A stretch of 64,000 nucleotides of DNA from an uncultured delta proteobacterium (GTDB lineage Bacteria; Myxococcota_A; Polyangia; Polyangiales; Polyangiaceae). Shown piece by piece: positions 10,091 to 20,161 of this stretch. The notes below the pieces were generated by a model. The model worked only from the letters and a program-made list of their open reading frames with translations. It ran no database searches and was not told the DNA's origin. The stretch is from the NCBI GenBank assembly GCA_963841435.1, contig CAWJCS010000005.1:1696001-1760000 (forward strand). Reading direction: 5' to 3'. The position numbers and the translations under genes were made by a program. Numbering within the stretch: position 1 is the stretch's first letter; each line of letters opens with the position of its first letter.

Positions 10091-11181
10091 GACGAGAGCT
10101 CGGCATGAGCGTGGCGCTCGTCCTGATGTGTTTCGCGCTCTGGGTTTCCAACCCCGATTTTCTGGGACAATCGAACGCAATCAACACGGTCCGACAGATC
10201 TCGATGCTCGGCACCTTTGCCATCGGCATCGGCTTCGTGATCATCACGGGCGGCATCGACCTGTCGATCGGCTCGCTGATCGGCCTCACGGGCGTGGTCA
10301 TCGCCAAGCTGTCGTCGCCGGGGCTCGGCGGTCTGCACTACTCGCTCTGGGTCGGCATTCCCGTCGCGCTGGCCATCACGACGACCGTCGGGCTCATCCA
10401 GGGCCTCTTGATCACGCGCCTCAGGCTCCAGCCGTTCATCGTGACGCTGGGAGGCATGCTGCTCATCCGCGGCGTGTCGCAGACCATCGCCGAGGGCGGC
10501 ACGCTGAGCCTCGCCGGCTCGCCCTTGCTCGATCTCGCGAACGGCGGCTATGCGAAGATCGGCGGCTATCCGCTGATTCCGTACCCGTTCGTCATCTTTC
10601 TGGCGGTGGCAGGTGTCGCCACCTACGTGCTCCATTTCACCGTGTACGGCCGCTACGTTTACGCCATCGGCGGCAACCGCGACGCGGCGGAGTACTCCGG
10701 CATCAACGTGCGGCGCATCGAGGCGAGCACGTACGTCATTTCGGCCGCAACGGCCGGCATCGCGGGTGTCTGCTACGCGGCGTACATCGGGCAGATGTCG
10801 CAGCAGGTCGGCGTGGCCTACGAGCTTTACGCCATCGCGGCGGCCGTGCTCGGCGGCTGCTCGCTGCGCGGTGGCGAGGGCACGGTGCTCGGCATCGTCA
10901 TCGGTTCGGCCGTGATGCGCGTCATCGATAACGGCATCAACATGTTCCAGCTCCAGTACCAGGACCAGGACCGCATCGCCCGCATCTGGCGCCTCGATCC
11001 GAACTGGACGTACGTGATCATCGGCGGTGTGATCCTCGCGGCCGTGATCCTCGACCAGACGGTGCACCTCGTGCAGGAACGGAGGCGGATCCGTGCTGCG
11101 GGGGCAGAAGCAGCAGCGGCCGCCAGCGCTCCACCGCCGGCCACACCCGGCCCCGAGGCGCCGAGCGCCGGCGCGTCGTAG
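10087..11181 (+). CDS. Sugar ABC transporter permease (RbsC-like)
   Basis: IITGGIDLSIGS, PFIVTLG, YAIGGN and YELYAIAAAVLGG motifs; ATGA overlap with the ATPase stop. Confidence 0.92.
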   Translation: MRRELGMSVALVLMCFALWVSNPDFLGQSNAINTVRQISMLGTFAIGIGFVIITGGIDLSIGSLIGLTGVVIAKLSSPGLGGLHYSLWVGIPVALAITTTVGLIQGLLITRLRLQPFIVTLGGMLLIRGVSQTIAEGGTLSLAGSPLLDLANGGYAKIGGYPLIPYPFVIFLAVAGVATYVLHFTVYGRYVYAIGGNRDAAEYSGINVRRIEASTYVISAATAGIAGVCYAAYIGQMSQQVGVAYELYAIAAAVLGGCSLRGGEGTVLGIVIGSAVMRVIDNGINMFQLQYQDQDRIARIWRLDPNWTYVIIGGVILAAVILDQTVHLVQERRRIRAAGAEAAAAASAPPPATPGPEAPSAGAS

Positions 11182-11248
11182 CGACGGCCGGGCGGTCACC
11201 TGAGGGCGGCGCGCGCCGGTCACGCCCTTCTGCTGCCGCTCGGCTCGC

Positions 11249-12241
11249 TCAGCCGGGATACCAGATCTTGCGTGGATCGTCGGGCGCGCGCCGGTAGTCG
11301 AAGGCCGCGTCCGTCATCTTCGCGAGGTCGTACTCGGGACGAAAGCCGAGCAGGAACTTCGCCTTGGCGTTGTCGAGCCAGGTGGACTGGTAGGGGGTCT
11401 GGATGGGCACGCTCGGCAGGCCGCGTGTGCGCTCGAGATAGGCGGCGAGCTCGCCGTAGTCGACGGGCTCGTTCATGCAGATATTGAAGGTTTGCTGGCG
11501 GGCCTTCGGCTCCTCGAGCGCGAGGAGCAGCGCGCTCACGAGGTCGTCGACGTGCACGAAGTTGCGCTTCACGGGTTTGCCGTCGGCACCGAGCATCAGC
11601 GGAACGGCGCCGCTTTTCTGGTATTCGGTCGCCTTCTCGGCGCCGACGAGGTCGCGCCAGCGCGGGCCGCCGAACACGTCGTCGCCGAACGAGAGCTGGT
11701 AGCGAAAGTCGTCCTTTTCCATGATCCACGGCGCCCGGAGGCAAGCGCCGTCGAGGTCGTACTGCACGTAGTACTGCTCGAGCATCACTTCCTCGAGCAC
11801 CTTGGAAAGCGCGTAGCAGCCGGGATACGCGCTGTGCTTCTGCGTCTCGGTGACGGGGATGGGGTGCGGATAGAAGAAGTGGCCCATGCCGGCGTCGCCG
11901 CCCACGAGCAGGAAGCGCTTCAGCGTCTTGCTCTCTCGCGCCGCCTCGAGCAGCCAGAACATTCCCTTCACGGCGACGTCCATGATGGCGTCCGGCGTCT
12001 CTTTGCAGGTGGCAAGGTGCAGCACGTGGCTGACGCCGTCGAGCGCCTGATCGACGACGGAGCGGTGCTCGATCGACCCCTTGACCACGTCGAGGCGCGC
12101 ATGCGTGGCGAGCGTGCGGTGGTGACAGAGGGCGCGCACGGCGTAGCCCTCGAAGCGCGGATCCGCGAGCAGACGCGTGATGAACGCCTGACCGACCTTG
12201 CCCGTGGCGCCCGTGACGAGAATGCGTGCCTTGCCAGCCAT
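11249..12241 (-). CDS. NAD-dependent epimerase/dehydratase (extended SDR)
   Basis: ILVTGATGKVG; YALSK (YxxxK); RNFVHVDDL. Confidence 0.88.
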   Translation of the reverse strand: MAGKARILVTGATGKVGQAFITRLLADPRFEGYAVRALCHHRTLATHARLDVVKGSIEHRSVVDQALDGVSHVLHLATCKETPDAIMDVAVKGMFWLLEAARESKTLKRFLLVGGDAGMGHFFYPHPIPVTETQKHSAYPGCYALSKVLEEVMLEQYYVQYDLDGACLRAPWIMEKDDFRYQLSFGDDVFGGPRWRDLVGAEKATEYQKSGAVPLMLGADGKPVKRNFVHVDDLVSALLLALEEPKARQQTFNICMNEPVDYGELAAYLERTRGLPSVPIQTPYQSTWLDNAKAKFLLGFRPEYDLAKMTDAAFDYRRAPDDPRKIWYPG

Positions 12242-12341
12242 ATCGTGGTTTCCGGAGCGTAGCCTTGGGGGGACCTCGGGCTCAAGTCGCGCGTGACCCG
12301 CCGTGCTTGCCGGTGAAGCAGGACGGAACTAGCGTCGCGCC

Positions 12342-13520
12342 ATGCGCGTCGCCCGCCGGCACCTCTTCGTCGCCCTCGGTTTTTTGGCCCTCGGCATGCT
12401 GGGCGCCTGCAAGAAATCGGGGGGCTCCGGCACGGGGCCGGCGGCCTCTGGCGCCGCCGAAGCGAGCGAGATCGTCGTCGGGCACTACGCTTCGATGACG
12501 GGGAACACCGCGCATTTCGGCCAGGACACCGACAAGGCCGTCCGCCTCGCCGCCGAGGAGGCGAACGCCACGGGCGGGGTGATTGGCAAGAAGGTGCGCG
12601 TGGTCACGTTCGACGATCGGGGCGATTCGGCGGAAGCGGCCAACGCCGTCTCGAGACTGATCGACGTCGAGCACGTGACGGCCGTGCTCGGTGAGGTGGC
12701 CTCGAGTCTCTCGCTCGCGGGCGGTCGCGTCGCGCAGCGCCGAAAGGTGCCGATGATCTCGCCGTCCTCGACGAATCCGAAGGTGACCGAGGTCGGCGAC
12801 TACATCTTCCGCGTGTGCTTTCTGGATCCGTTCCAGGGGCGCGTGATGGCGACGTTCGCGAAGAACACCTTGAAGCTCGACACCGTGGCGATCCTGAAGG
12901 ACGTGAAGAACGACTACTCGATCGGTCTCGCCGAGGCGTTCAAGACCGCCTTCGAGAAGCTCGGAGGGACGATCGCCGTCGAGCAGTCGTATTCTGCGGG
13001 CGACACCGATTTCAGCGCGCAAGTCACCGCCATCAAGGGCACGAAGGCCCGGGCGCTCTACGTGCCGGGCTACTACTCGGAGGTCGGCGCCATCGCCCGT
13101 ACGGCGCAGCGGCTCGGTCTCAAGGTGCCGCTCATGGGCGGCGACGGCTGGGACGCGCCCGACCTCTTCAAAATCGCGGGCGACGCCCTCGACGGCTCGT
13201 ACTTTTCGAATCACTTCGCGCCCGACGCGGCCACGCCCAAAGCGAAGAAGTTCGTCGCCGACTTCTCCAAAAAATACGGCCAGCCGCCGACCGGGCTCGG
13301 CGCCCTCGGCTACGACGCGGCCGCCGTGCTGTTCGACGCCATCAAGCGCGCGGGCAAGCTCGACCATGCCGCCGTGCGAGACGCCATCGCCGCGACCAAG
13401 AACTTCGAAGGCGTTTCGGGCACGATCACCATCGACAAGGACCGCAATGCCGAAAAGAGCGCCGTCATCATCAAGATCGTGAACGGCGAAGGTAAATACG
13501 AGTCGACCGTGGCGCCCTGA
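12342..13520 (+). CDS. livK: Branched-chain amino acid ABC transporter substrate-binding lipoprotein
   Basis: Lipobox LGAC; MISPSSTNP, FRVCFLDPFQG and GDTDFSAQ motifs; followed by livHMGF. Confidence 0.9.
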   Translation: MRVARRHLFVALGFLALGMLGACKKSGGSGTGPAASGAAEASEIVVGHYASMTGNTAHFGQDTDKAVRLAAEEANATGGVIGKKVRVVTFDDRGDSAEAANAVSRLIDVEHVTAVLGEVASSLSLAGGRVAQRRKVPMISPSSTNPKVTEVGDYIFRVCFLDPFQGRVMATFAKNTLKLDTVAILKDVKNDYSIGLAEAFKTAFEKLGGTIAVEQSYSAGDTDFSAQVTAIKGTKARALYVPGYYSEVGAIARTAQRLGLKVPLMGGDGWDAPDLFKIAGDALDGSYFSNHFAPDAATPKAKKFVADFSKKYGQPPTGLGALGYDAAAVLFDAIKRAGKLDHAAVRDAIAATKNFEGVSGTITIDKDRNAEKSAVIIKIVNGEGKYESTVAP

Positions 13521-13555
13521 GCGCGTCGTAGCCCCAGGCGCCCCGAGTTCGATCC

Positions 13556-14473
13556 GTGAGCGAGCTAGTCCAGCAGATCATCAACGGCCTCTCGCTCGGG
13601 TCGATCTACGCGCTCATCGCGCTCGGCTATACGATGGTCTACGGCATCCTCAAGCTCATCAACTTCGCGCACGGCGAGGTCTTCATGATGGGCGCGTACG
13701 CCGGCTACTTTTCGGCCGTTTCGCTGGGCGTGGAGCACTACGAGGCGTCGGGCGAGGGGTTTCCGTTGCCGCTCGCGCTTCTCGTGCTGGTCATCGCGAT
13801 GGCGGCGTCTGCCCTGCTCGGCGTGACGATCGAGGCGCTCGCCTATCGCCCCGTGCGCTCGGCCCCGCGCCTCACGCCACTCATCACGGCCATCGGCGTC
13901 AGCCTCTTCCTGCAGAACGCGGGCATGCTCGCGTTTACACCCGACCCGCGCCGCTACCCCGCGATCTTGCGCGAGGTCCGCTACGAGGTCGGCGGCGTGA
14001 TCCTCACGAACGTGAAGCTCACGATCTTCGTCGTGGCGGTGGGGCTGATGTTCGGCTTGCACCTTTTCGTGCAGCGGACCTGGACGGGGCGCGCGATGCG
14101 CGCGGTCTCGATGAATCTCGACGCGGCGCGCCTCATGGGCATCGACGTGAACCGCGTGATTCGCGCGACGTTTGCGCTCGGTTCGGCGCTCGCCGCGGCC
14201 GCGGGCATCCTGTTCGGTCTCGACCAGGTGCTCATCAACCCGCTGATGGGCGTGCTCACGGGTCTCAAGGCGTTCGTGGCCGCCGTCCTGGGCGGAATTG
14301 GAAACATCCCCGGCGCCGTGCTCGGCGGCATGTTGATTGGGCTCGCCGAGCAGCTCACGGCCGGCTACCTGTCGCCGGACTACCGCGACGCGATTACCTT
14401 CCTGATTCTCATCGTGATCTTGGTGCTAAAGCCCGAGGGGCTCATGGGTGTCGTGCGGCAAGAGAAGGTTTGA
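13556..14473 (+). CDS. livH: Branched-chain amino acid ABC permease LivH
   Basis: NGLSLGSIYALIALGYTMVYGILKLINFAHGE; KAFVAAVLGGIG. Confidence 0.95.
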   Translation: MSELVQQIINGLSLGSIYALIALGYTMVYGILKLINFAHGEVFMMGAYAGYFSAVSLGVEHYEASGEGFPLPLALLVLVIAMAASALLGVTIEALAYRPVRSAPRLTPLITAIGVSLFLQNAGMLAFTPDPRRYPAILREVRYEVGGVILTNVKLTIFVVAVGLMFGLHLFVQRTWTGRAMRAVSMNLDAARLMGIDVNRVIRATFALGSALAAAAGILFGLDQVLINPLMGVLTGLKAFVAAVLGGIGNIPGAVLGGMLIGLAEQLTAGYLSPDYRDAITFLILIVILVLKPEGLMGVVRQEKV

Positions 14474-14565
14474 GCGACATCGCCACGCCGTGGGATCACG
14501 GCGCGGAATGTGGCTGAACTGTCGATTCGAACGGGGCTATAGTCGGGGGAAGGACACGATGCTAT

Positions 14566-16848
14566 GTGGGTCGCGTGACCGCGCCAGGTCTGAGAAGGAG
14601 CCTCGACTCCATCGATAGGGAATGGAGCGCACCAGGCCAAGGGCCGTCCGAGCCACCCGATCATCGGACCGGGGCGGCAGTGGGGTCGTCCAGCACCTGG
14701 ATGGTCAAAGCGGAGGGGCAGGACGTCGTCGTGTTGACGGCGGCGGACATCGTGGCCGCACTGCGCAGCGGTCAGCTCACGGGTGACGCGTTCGCCTGGC
14801 GTGATGGCATGGCCGAGTGGGTGGTCCTCGACAGCGTGCCGTCGTTCCAGCTCGCTGCGCCGGCCGCGTCGCGGCCTCTTTCGTCGCCCCCCGCCGAAAG
14901 CGAGGCACGCCCGCGGCGCGCAGCCGAGGACGAGCCCGCTTCCGCCGCCCCGGCCGGCGGCTCGGACGACGAGGCGCTCGCCGAGGCCGACGTGCAGACG
15001 GCGACGCCAGACGACAGCGAGGATCGAACCGCCGTGCGCGTGCTCGCCGACGCGCTGCTCGACGAGGCGACGGTCGTGCACGAGCCCGAGACGTTGCCGC
15101 CGCCGCGCCCCGCCTCGGACCAGCCCGCCTCCGCGGCCGAGGATCCGGACGTTCTTGCCATTTACGAGCGGGCGGTCGCCACGCTGGCGTTCCCCGACCG
15201 CGACCCGCCGCTCGACGAGGAGACCATCGTTTCGCAGCCGCGAAACGAGGTCCCGGCCGCCCGCGACGAGCCCCCCGTGCCCCCGTTGCCGAAGTTGCCG
15301 TCGCGGGCGCTCGTGTCGGCGGCGACGAACGCCTTCGTACCGCCCGGCGCGGGCGGCGCGGCTCGGCCCTCGCGTCCACGCCTGAGCTCGATGACCAATG
15401 AAGGGCGCCGCGACGCGAGCTCGGCGGCGCCGCGCCCAGACGCCGCAGCGAGCGTCCCGCACCGCGACGCAAGCTCGGCGGTGCCGCGTCCGACCGTCAC
15501 CGCGGGCGAGCTGCGCGCTGATGCGGGCTCGGCCGCGACGCGCCGCCCTTACGCCCCGACGACCGAGGCCCCCGAGACGGGAGCCGCGCCGCTCGTCGAA
15601 GCGCTTCGCACGCTCGCTGAATCGGTGCCCGAGCATCCGGCGCCGGCTCGCAAGGGACCTCCCACGCCGCCAGCGCGCACGCGGCCTCCACTTGGACCCG
15701 ACGCGAAGCCTTCTTTGGGTTCGACGGAGCCGAGCCGCAAGAGCGCGCCGCCGTCGGCGCTCGCGACACCCGTTCCCCGCGCTCCCACGCCCCGGCCACC
15801 CTCGGCCGCGCCACCGGCCGATCCGCGGCCGCCATTGTCGGCGTCGCCCGCTTCGGCGTCGCCCACGAGCGAGACGCCGCGCTCGCCCAGGGCGGCCCCT
15901 AGCAGGCCGCCCGTCGACGCGCCGTTCCGCAGACGCGAGACACCGCGCCTTCCCAGCGTGCGCCCTCGCGCGGAGCCCCCGTCCGGCGCGGGCACACCGC
16001 CCGAGGCTCCCGTCCGGCCCGCTTCCGGCGCGGCCCCGGCCATTGCCGCGCCTGCGCCCGCCACCCCTACTGCTGAGCGTGGTGACGCGTCCGCGTCGAC
16101 CCCGCCGGCGACCCCCGCACCCGGTCTGGCGCCGGTCGCAACCGGTCCGGCCGCCGCCGCCGCGTCGCCGGCCGTCCCCGTCCCCGTCCCCGTCCCCGTC
16201 CCCGTCGCCGGCTCGCCGGCGCCCCCCGGCGCTGGTCCGTCGAGCGGTCCGGTCGCACGCCGATCGCCTGGCGCCGATGCCCAGCCACCAGACGCGGTGC
16301 CGCCACCTCCGGCGCTTCCGAAGCGCGCGCCCGTGATGGCTGCCATCGCCGCTCACCTCGCGCCGACCATCATCGTGCGTGAAGACCGTGACGCCGACAC
16401 GCTCATCACGAATCTTCGGCCGTCGCGAAGCATTCCGCTGCGCACGGCCCTCGTCGCGTGCGCCTGCTCGGCCATGTTGGCCTCGTTCGTCACGGCGCTG
16501 ATCTCGCGATCGACTTCGTCCGAGGCGCCAGCCCCCGCCGCCGAGCCCCCGCGGGCCGTCGCGGCGCGCGAGGCACCGCCGCCGCCGCCACCACCCGCGC
16601 CACCCGAGAACGCGGCGCCCGCCGCGCCGGTCGCCGAAGCCGCCCCCGCGGTTGCCGCGGAGCCGGCGAAGCTTGCCCGAAGCTCCGCCAGTCCGGAACG
16701 GAAGGTAGCGCGCGAAAAGGCGGCGACCGCACCGCGTTCGCCCGGGCCGTCGGTGCTCACCGACCCCGAGACCGCGCTGCCCGAAACACCGACCGAGGCC
16801 GAGACGCCCAAGAACCGGGCCACCTGGCAGACGAGCCCGGGGTTTTAG
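14566..16848 (+). CDS. GYF_2/DUF4339-like domain protein with a long Pro-rich region and a C-proximal transmembrane segment
   Basis: N-terminal W..IVAALRSGQLTGDAFAWRDGMAEWVVL fits the GYF_2 pattern; about 500 aa Pro/Ala-rich; TM LVACACSAMLASFVTALI; ends WQTSPGF; exact start uncertain. Confidence 0.7.
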   Translation: MGRVTAPGLRRSLDSIDREWSAPGQGPSEPPDHRTGAAVGSSSTWMVKAEGQDVVVLTAADIVAALRSGQLTGDAFAWRDGMAEWVVLDSVPSFQLAAPAASRPLSSPPAESEARPRRAAEDEPASAAPAGGSDDEALAEADVQTATPDDSEDRTAVRVLADALLDEATVVHEPETLPPPRPASDQPASAAEDPDVLAIYERAVATLAFPDRDPPLDEETIVSQPRNEVPAARDEPPVPPLPKLPSRALVSAATNAFVPPGAGGAARPSRPRLSSMTNEGRRDASSAAPRPDAAASVPHRDASSAVPRPTVTAGELRADAGSAATRRPYAPTTEAPETGAAPLVEALRTLAESVPEHPAPARKGPPTPPARTRPPLGPDAKPSLGSTEPSRKSAPPSALATPVPRAPTPRPPSAAPPADPRPPLSASPASASPTSETPRSPRAAPSRPPVDAPFRRRETPRLPSVRPRAEPPSGAGTPPEAPVRPASGAAPAIAAPAPATPTAERGDASASTPPATPAPGLAPVATGPAAAAASPAVPVPVPVPVPVAGSPAPPGAGPSSGPVARRSPGADAQPPDAVPPPPALPKRAPVMAAIAAHLAPTIIVREDRDADTLITNLRPSRSIPLRTALVACACSAMLASFVTALISRSTSSEAPAPAAEPPRAVAAREAPPPPPPPAPPENAAPAAPVAEAAPAVAAEPAKLARSSASPERKVAREKAATAPRSPGPSVLTDPETALPETPTEAETPKNRATWQTSPGF
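16174..16206 (+). repeat. In-frame hexamer microsatellite (GTCCCC) x5.5 encoding VPVPVPVPVPV
   Basis: Read directly from the sequence. Confidence 0.85.
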
Positions 16849-16866
16849 GCCATAAGACCCGAGGAC

Positions 16867-17886
16867 ATGGCCGCCGTCGGCAACCGACCGCGCTGGGCCC
16901 TGCGCCTGCTCGTCGCTTCGATCGTGGTGAGCGGCCTTTATCTGGTTGGCCTCGCCGCGCACGCGACGCTCATCGAGTACGCCGAGCGCGTCGTGATGCT
17001 CGCGGGCATCAACATCATCCTCGCCGTCGGCCTGAACCTCATCAACGGCACTACGGGCCAATTCTCGATCGGCCACGCGGGGTTCATGGCGGTCGGGGCG
17101 TACGGCGCGGCGTATCTCGGCGTCCAGCTTGCGCCGCACGTCGGGGGCCTGCTCGGCGCGGGGCCGATGGCCGACGCCGTGACGTTCAACGTTGCCCTCG
17201 TGCTGGGCGCGATACTCGCCGGCGCGACGGGCCTACTCGTGGGCCTGCCGAGCCTGCGCCTGAAGGGCGACTATCTCGCGATCGTCACGCTCGGCTTCGG
17301 CGAGATCATCCGCATCCTGTTCAACAACGCGTCCGCGCTCGGCGCGGCCACGGGCTACTTCGGTAATTCTCCCGCGGGGCTACCCGCGTACACCACGTTC
17401 TTTTGGGTGTTCCTCTGGGTCGTGATCGTGGTTTCGCTGGTCAAGAACGTCACGTTTTCGCAGACGGGCCGCTCGCTTTCGGCCATTCGCGAGGACGAGA
17501 TCGCCGCCGAGGCCATTGCGACCCCGACGACGCGGCTGAAGGTGCTCGCTTTCAGCATCAGCGCGGCGACGGCCGGCATCGCGGGTGGCTTGTTCGCTCA
17601 CATGCAAGCGGGCATCCGCCCCGAAGATTTCAAGTTCGAAAAGTCCATCGACATGATCGTGATGATCATCGTCGGGGGTCTCGGGTCGATCTCCGGTGCC
17701 GTGCTCGGCGGTGTGTTTCTCGCCGTGAGCCTCGAGGCGATGCGCGATCTGCAGGAGTACCGTCTCGTGCTCTACGCCCTGCTCCTCATCGTGATCATGC
17801 TCGTGCGGCCGCAGGGGCTGCTCGGGTCTCGCGAGATCAGCCCCGCGTTCGTGCGCGGTCTGTTCCGGCGCGCCGGGGGCGCATGA
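16867..17886 (+). CDS. livM: Branched-chain amino acid ABC permease LivM
   Basis: GLNLINGTTGQFSIGHAGF; LRLKGDYLAIVTLGFGEI; AIREDEIAAEA. Confidence 0.95.
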   Translation: MAAVGNRPRWALRLLVASIVVSGLYLVGLAAHATLIEYAERVVMLAGINIILAVGLNLINGTTGQFSIGHAGFMAVGAYGAAYLGVQLAPHVGGLLGAGPMADAVTFNVALVLGAILAGATGLLVGLPSLRLKGDYLAIVTLGFGEIIRILFNNASALGAATGYFGNSPAGLPAYTTFFWVFLWVVIVVSLVKNVTFSQTGRSLSAIREDEIAAEAIATPTTRLKVLAFSISAATAGIAGGLFAHMQAGIRPEDFKFEKSIDMIVMIIVGGLGSISGAVLGGVFLAVSLEAMRDLQEYRLVLYALLLIVIMLVRPQGLLGSREISPAFVRGLFRRAGGA

Positions 17887-18680
17887 CGCTGCTCGCGCTC
17901 GAGGGCGTCGATAAGGTGTTCGGTGGGCTCCATGCCCTGCGCGGGATCCGCTTCACCGTCGAAAGGGGCGCGATTTTCGGGCTGATCGGTCCGAACGGCG
18001 CTGGCAAGACGACGCTCTTCAACGTCATCACGGGCGTCTACCGTCCCGACGCCGGCCGCGTGCTGTTCGACGGGCAGGACGTGTCCGGTCGCGGCTCGGT
18101 GGAGATTGCGGCGCTCGGCATCGCGCGGACGTTCCAGAACATTCGACTGTTTCGCTCGATGACGGTGCGAGAAAACGTGATGGTGGCCGGGCACCACCTG
18201 CACCGGGCGGGCCTCTTCGGCGAGGTTTTTCGCACTGCTCGCTACCTCGCCGACGAGGCGGCGCTCTTCACGCGTGCGAGCGATCTCCTCGAGCTGATGG
18301 GTCTCTCGGGGAACGCGGGCGACGTCGCCGGCAGCTTGCCGTACGGGTCGCAGCGGCGCCTCGAGATTGCGCGCGCGCTCATGTTGGAGCCGAAGCTCCT
18401 CTTGCTCGACGAGCCGGCCGCGGGCATGAACTCGAGCGAATCGCGCGAGCTCGAACGTCAGATCCGCGCGTTGCGAGACGATTTGGGCGTCACGGTCGTG
18501 CTCGTCGAGCACAACATGTCGGTCGTCATGAGCGTGTGCGAGCGCATCCACGTCGTCGATCACGGCGAGACGATCGCGGAGGGCCCTCCCGAGACCGTGA
18601 AGAGCAACAAGGCAGTCCTCGCGGCGTATCTCGGTGAAGAGGTCGACGCCGACGCGCCGAGCGCCGGGGCGTCGGCATGA
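17883..18680 (+). CDS. livG: Branched-chain amino acid ABC ATPase LivG
   Basis: GLIGPNGAGKTT; ARTFQNIRLF; LPYGSQRRLEIARAL; LDEPAAG. Confidence 0.95.
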   Translation: MTLLALEGVDKVFGGLHALRGIRFTVERGAIFGLIGPNGAGKTTLFNVITGVYRPDAGRVLFDGQDVSGRGSVEIAALGIARTFQNIRLFRSMTVRENVMVAGHHLHRAGLFGEVFRTARYLADEAALFTRASDLLELMGLSGNAGDVAGSLPYGSQRRLEIARALMLEPKLLLLDEPAAGMNSSESRELERQIRALRDDLGVTVVLVEHNMSVVMSVCERIHVVDHGETIAEGPPETVKSNKAVLAAYLGEEVDADAPSAGASA

Positions 18681-19429
18681 GCGACGTTTCGTCTCGAGCG
18701 GGCGCGGCGGCGGACCTCGAGCTCGAAAAGCTCCAGGTGGCCTACGGCGGCATCGCAGCGGTGAAGGGCATCGACCTCTCGGTCGCGCGGGGGGAGATCG
18801 TGAGCCTCATCGGCGCGAACGGGGCGGGAAAGACCAGCGTGCTAAAGGCGATCGTGGGGCTCGTGCCGCTCGCCGGGGGGCAGGTGCGCCTGTTCGGTCA
18901 GGACCTCGCGGGCGTCCCCACGCACCGGCGCGTGGCGCTCGGTGCGACGCTCGTTCCCGAGGGGCGCGCCGTGTTCGCCGGCCTCACCGTGCGCGAAAAC
19001 CTCGAGCTTGGCGCCTTTCTCAAGCGCGAGCCCAAGGGCCTCGCGGCGCGGCTAAAACGCGTGGTCGAGCTCTTTCCTCGGCTCGGCGAGCGGCTCTTCC
19101 AGTCGGCGGGCACGCTGTCGGGCGGTGAGCAGCAGATGCTCGCCATCGGCCGCGCTCTCATGGGCGAGCCGAAGCTGCTCTTGCTCGACGAGCCGAGCCT
19201 GGGCCTCGCGCCGAAGCTCGTGGCGCAGATTTTCGAGAGCATCCTCGCGATCGCGAAGACGGGCATCACCATCCTGCTCGTCGAGCAAAATACGCGGCTC
19301 GCGCTCGAGACGGCGAGCCGCGCCTACGTGCTTGCGACGGGCGAGATCGTTCTGAGTGGCGCGAGCCGCGAGCTCAAGGAAGACCCGCGCGTGCGGGCGG
19401 CGTACTTCGGCGAGAGCGTCGAGGCGTAG
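18677..19429 (+). CDS. livF: Branched-chain amino acid ABC ATPase LivF
   Basis: LIGANGAGKT; VPEGR; LSGGEQQMLAIGRAL; LDEPSLGLAP. Confidence 0.95.
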   Translation: MSDVSSRAGAAADLELEKLQVAYGGIAAVKGIDLSVARGEIVSLIGANGAGKTSVLKAIVGLVPLAGGQVRLFGQDLAGVPTHRRVALGATLVPEGRAVFAGLTVRENLELGAFLKREPKGLAARLKRVVELFPRLGERLFQSAGTLSGGEQQMLAIGRALMGEPKLLLLDEPSLGLAPKLVAQIFESILAIAKTGITILLVEQNTRLALETASRAYVLATGEIVLSGASRELKEDPRVRAAYFGESVEA

Positions 19430-19438
19430 GCCGGGGAC

Positions 19439-20161
19439 TCAGGCCGCGCGCAGCATTCCGAATGCCGCGACGCCTTTTCGGCGCAACGCTCGCCGCAGCG
19501 TTTCGCGCTCGGCGGGGTCGCCGACGAGCGCCGAGAGCAGCTCGGCACCCCACGCGTCGAGCGGCTGGTCACCGCAGGCCGCGAGGTCGTCGCTCTTGCC
19601 GTCGAGCACGGAGCGCCAGACGGCGCCTGCGCTGAGCAAACGCGCGAGCCCCGGTGAGGCGTCGGGCTCGCCGCGCCCGTCAGCGAGCAACCCCGGAAGC
19701 TCGGCGGCGGCGCGCGTTGCGCCACGCTCGAGCAAGACCCGCACGAGCGCCTGCACGAGCGCGTCGGCGGCGCCCATTTCCACGGGAGGCTCGCGCGACG
19801 GCGACGTGACGAGCGAGGGTGCGCGGCCCGCATCCGCGGCGATGGCGGGCGCCGCGGGGGCATCGTCCGGGTGAGCCGGTGCGAGCACGGGCGCGGCGGG
19901 AAGGGCGGGCTCGGGCGCGGGGGTCGATGCGACGGGCGCCCAGCTCGGACCGAGCACCTTCGGTAGCCGCCCCGAAAGCGGCCTCAGCCGCAGTGTGGGC
20001 ACCGGCGCGCCACACGGTGACTCGGAGGTCCAGACCAGCCCGTCATGCAGCTCGGGGTTGTCGTTGGGAAACTCGGAGGCCGCGCGGCGCGAGAACATAC
20101 TCTCGGTCGTAGACCAAGCGCGCCGATCCAGCCAAAATTCCGGCGAAACGCGCGCCGTCAC
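19439..20161 (-). CDS. Hypothetical protein (Pro-rich linker plus helical C-terminal domain)
   Basis: Start overlaps the cytochrome c stop (GTGA); protein-like C-terminal half. Confidence 0.55.
   Translation of the reverse strand: MTARVSPEFWLDRRAWSTTESMFSRRAASEFPNDNPELHDGLVWTSESPCGAPVPTLRLRPLSGRLPKVLGPSWAPVASTPAPEPALPAAPVLAPAHPDDAPAAPAIAADAGRAPSLVTSPSREPPVEMGAADALVQALVRVLLERGATRAAAELPGLLADGRGEPDASPGLARLLSAGAVWRSVLDGKSDDLAACGDQPLDAWGAELLSALVGDPAERETLRRALRRKGVAAFGMLRAA

Noticed and set aside
8569..11181. 870-aa ATPase-permease fusion
   Set aside because: An artefact of the +1 insertion at about 9430; the middle is off-frame sequence and the permease has its own ATG at 10087
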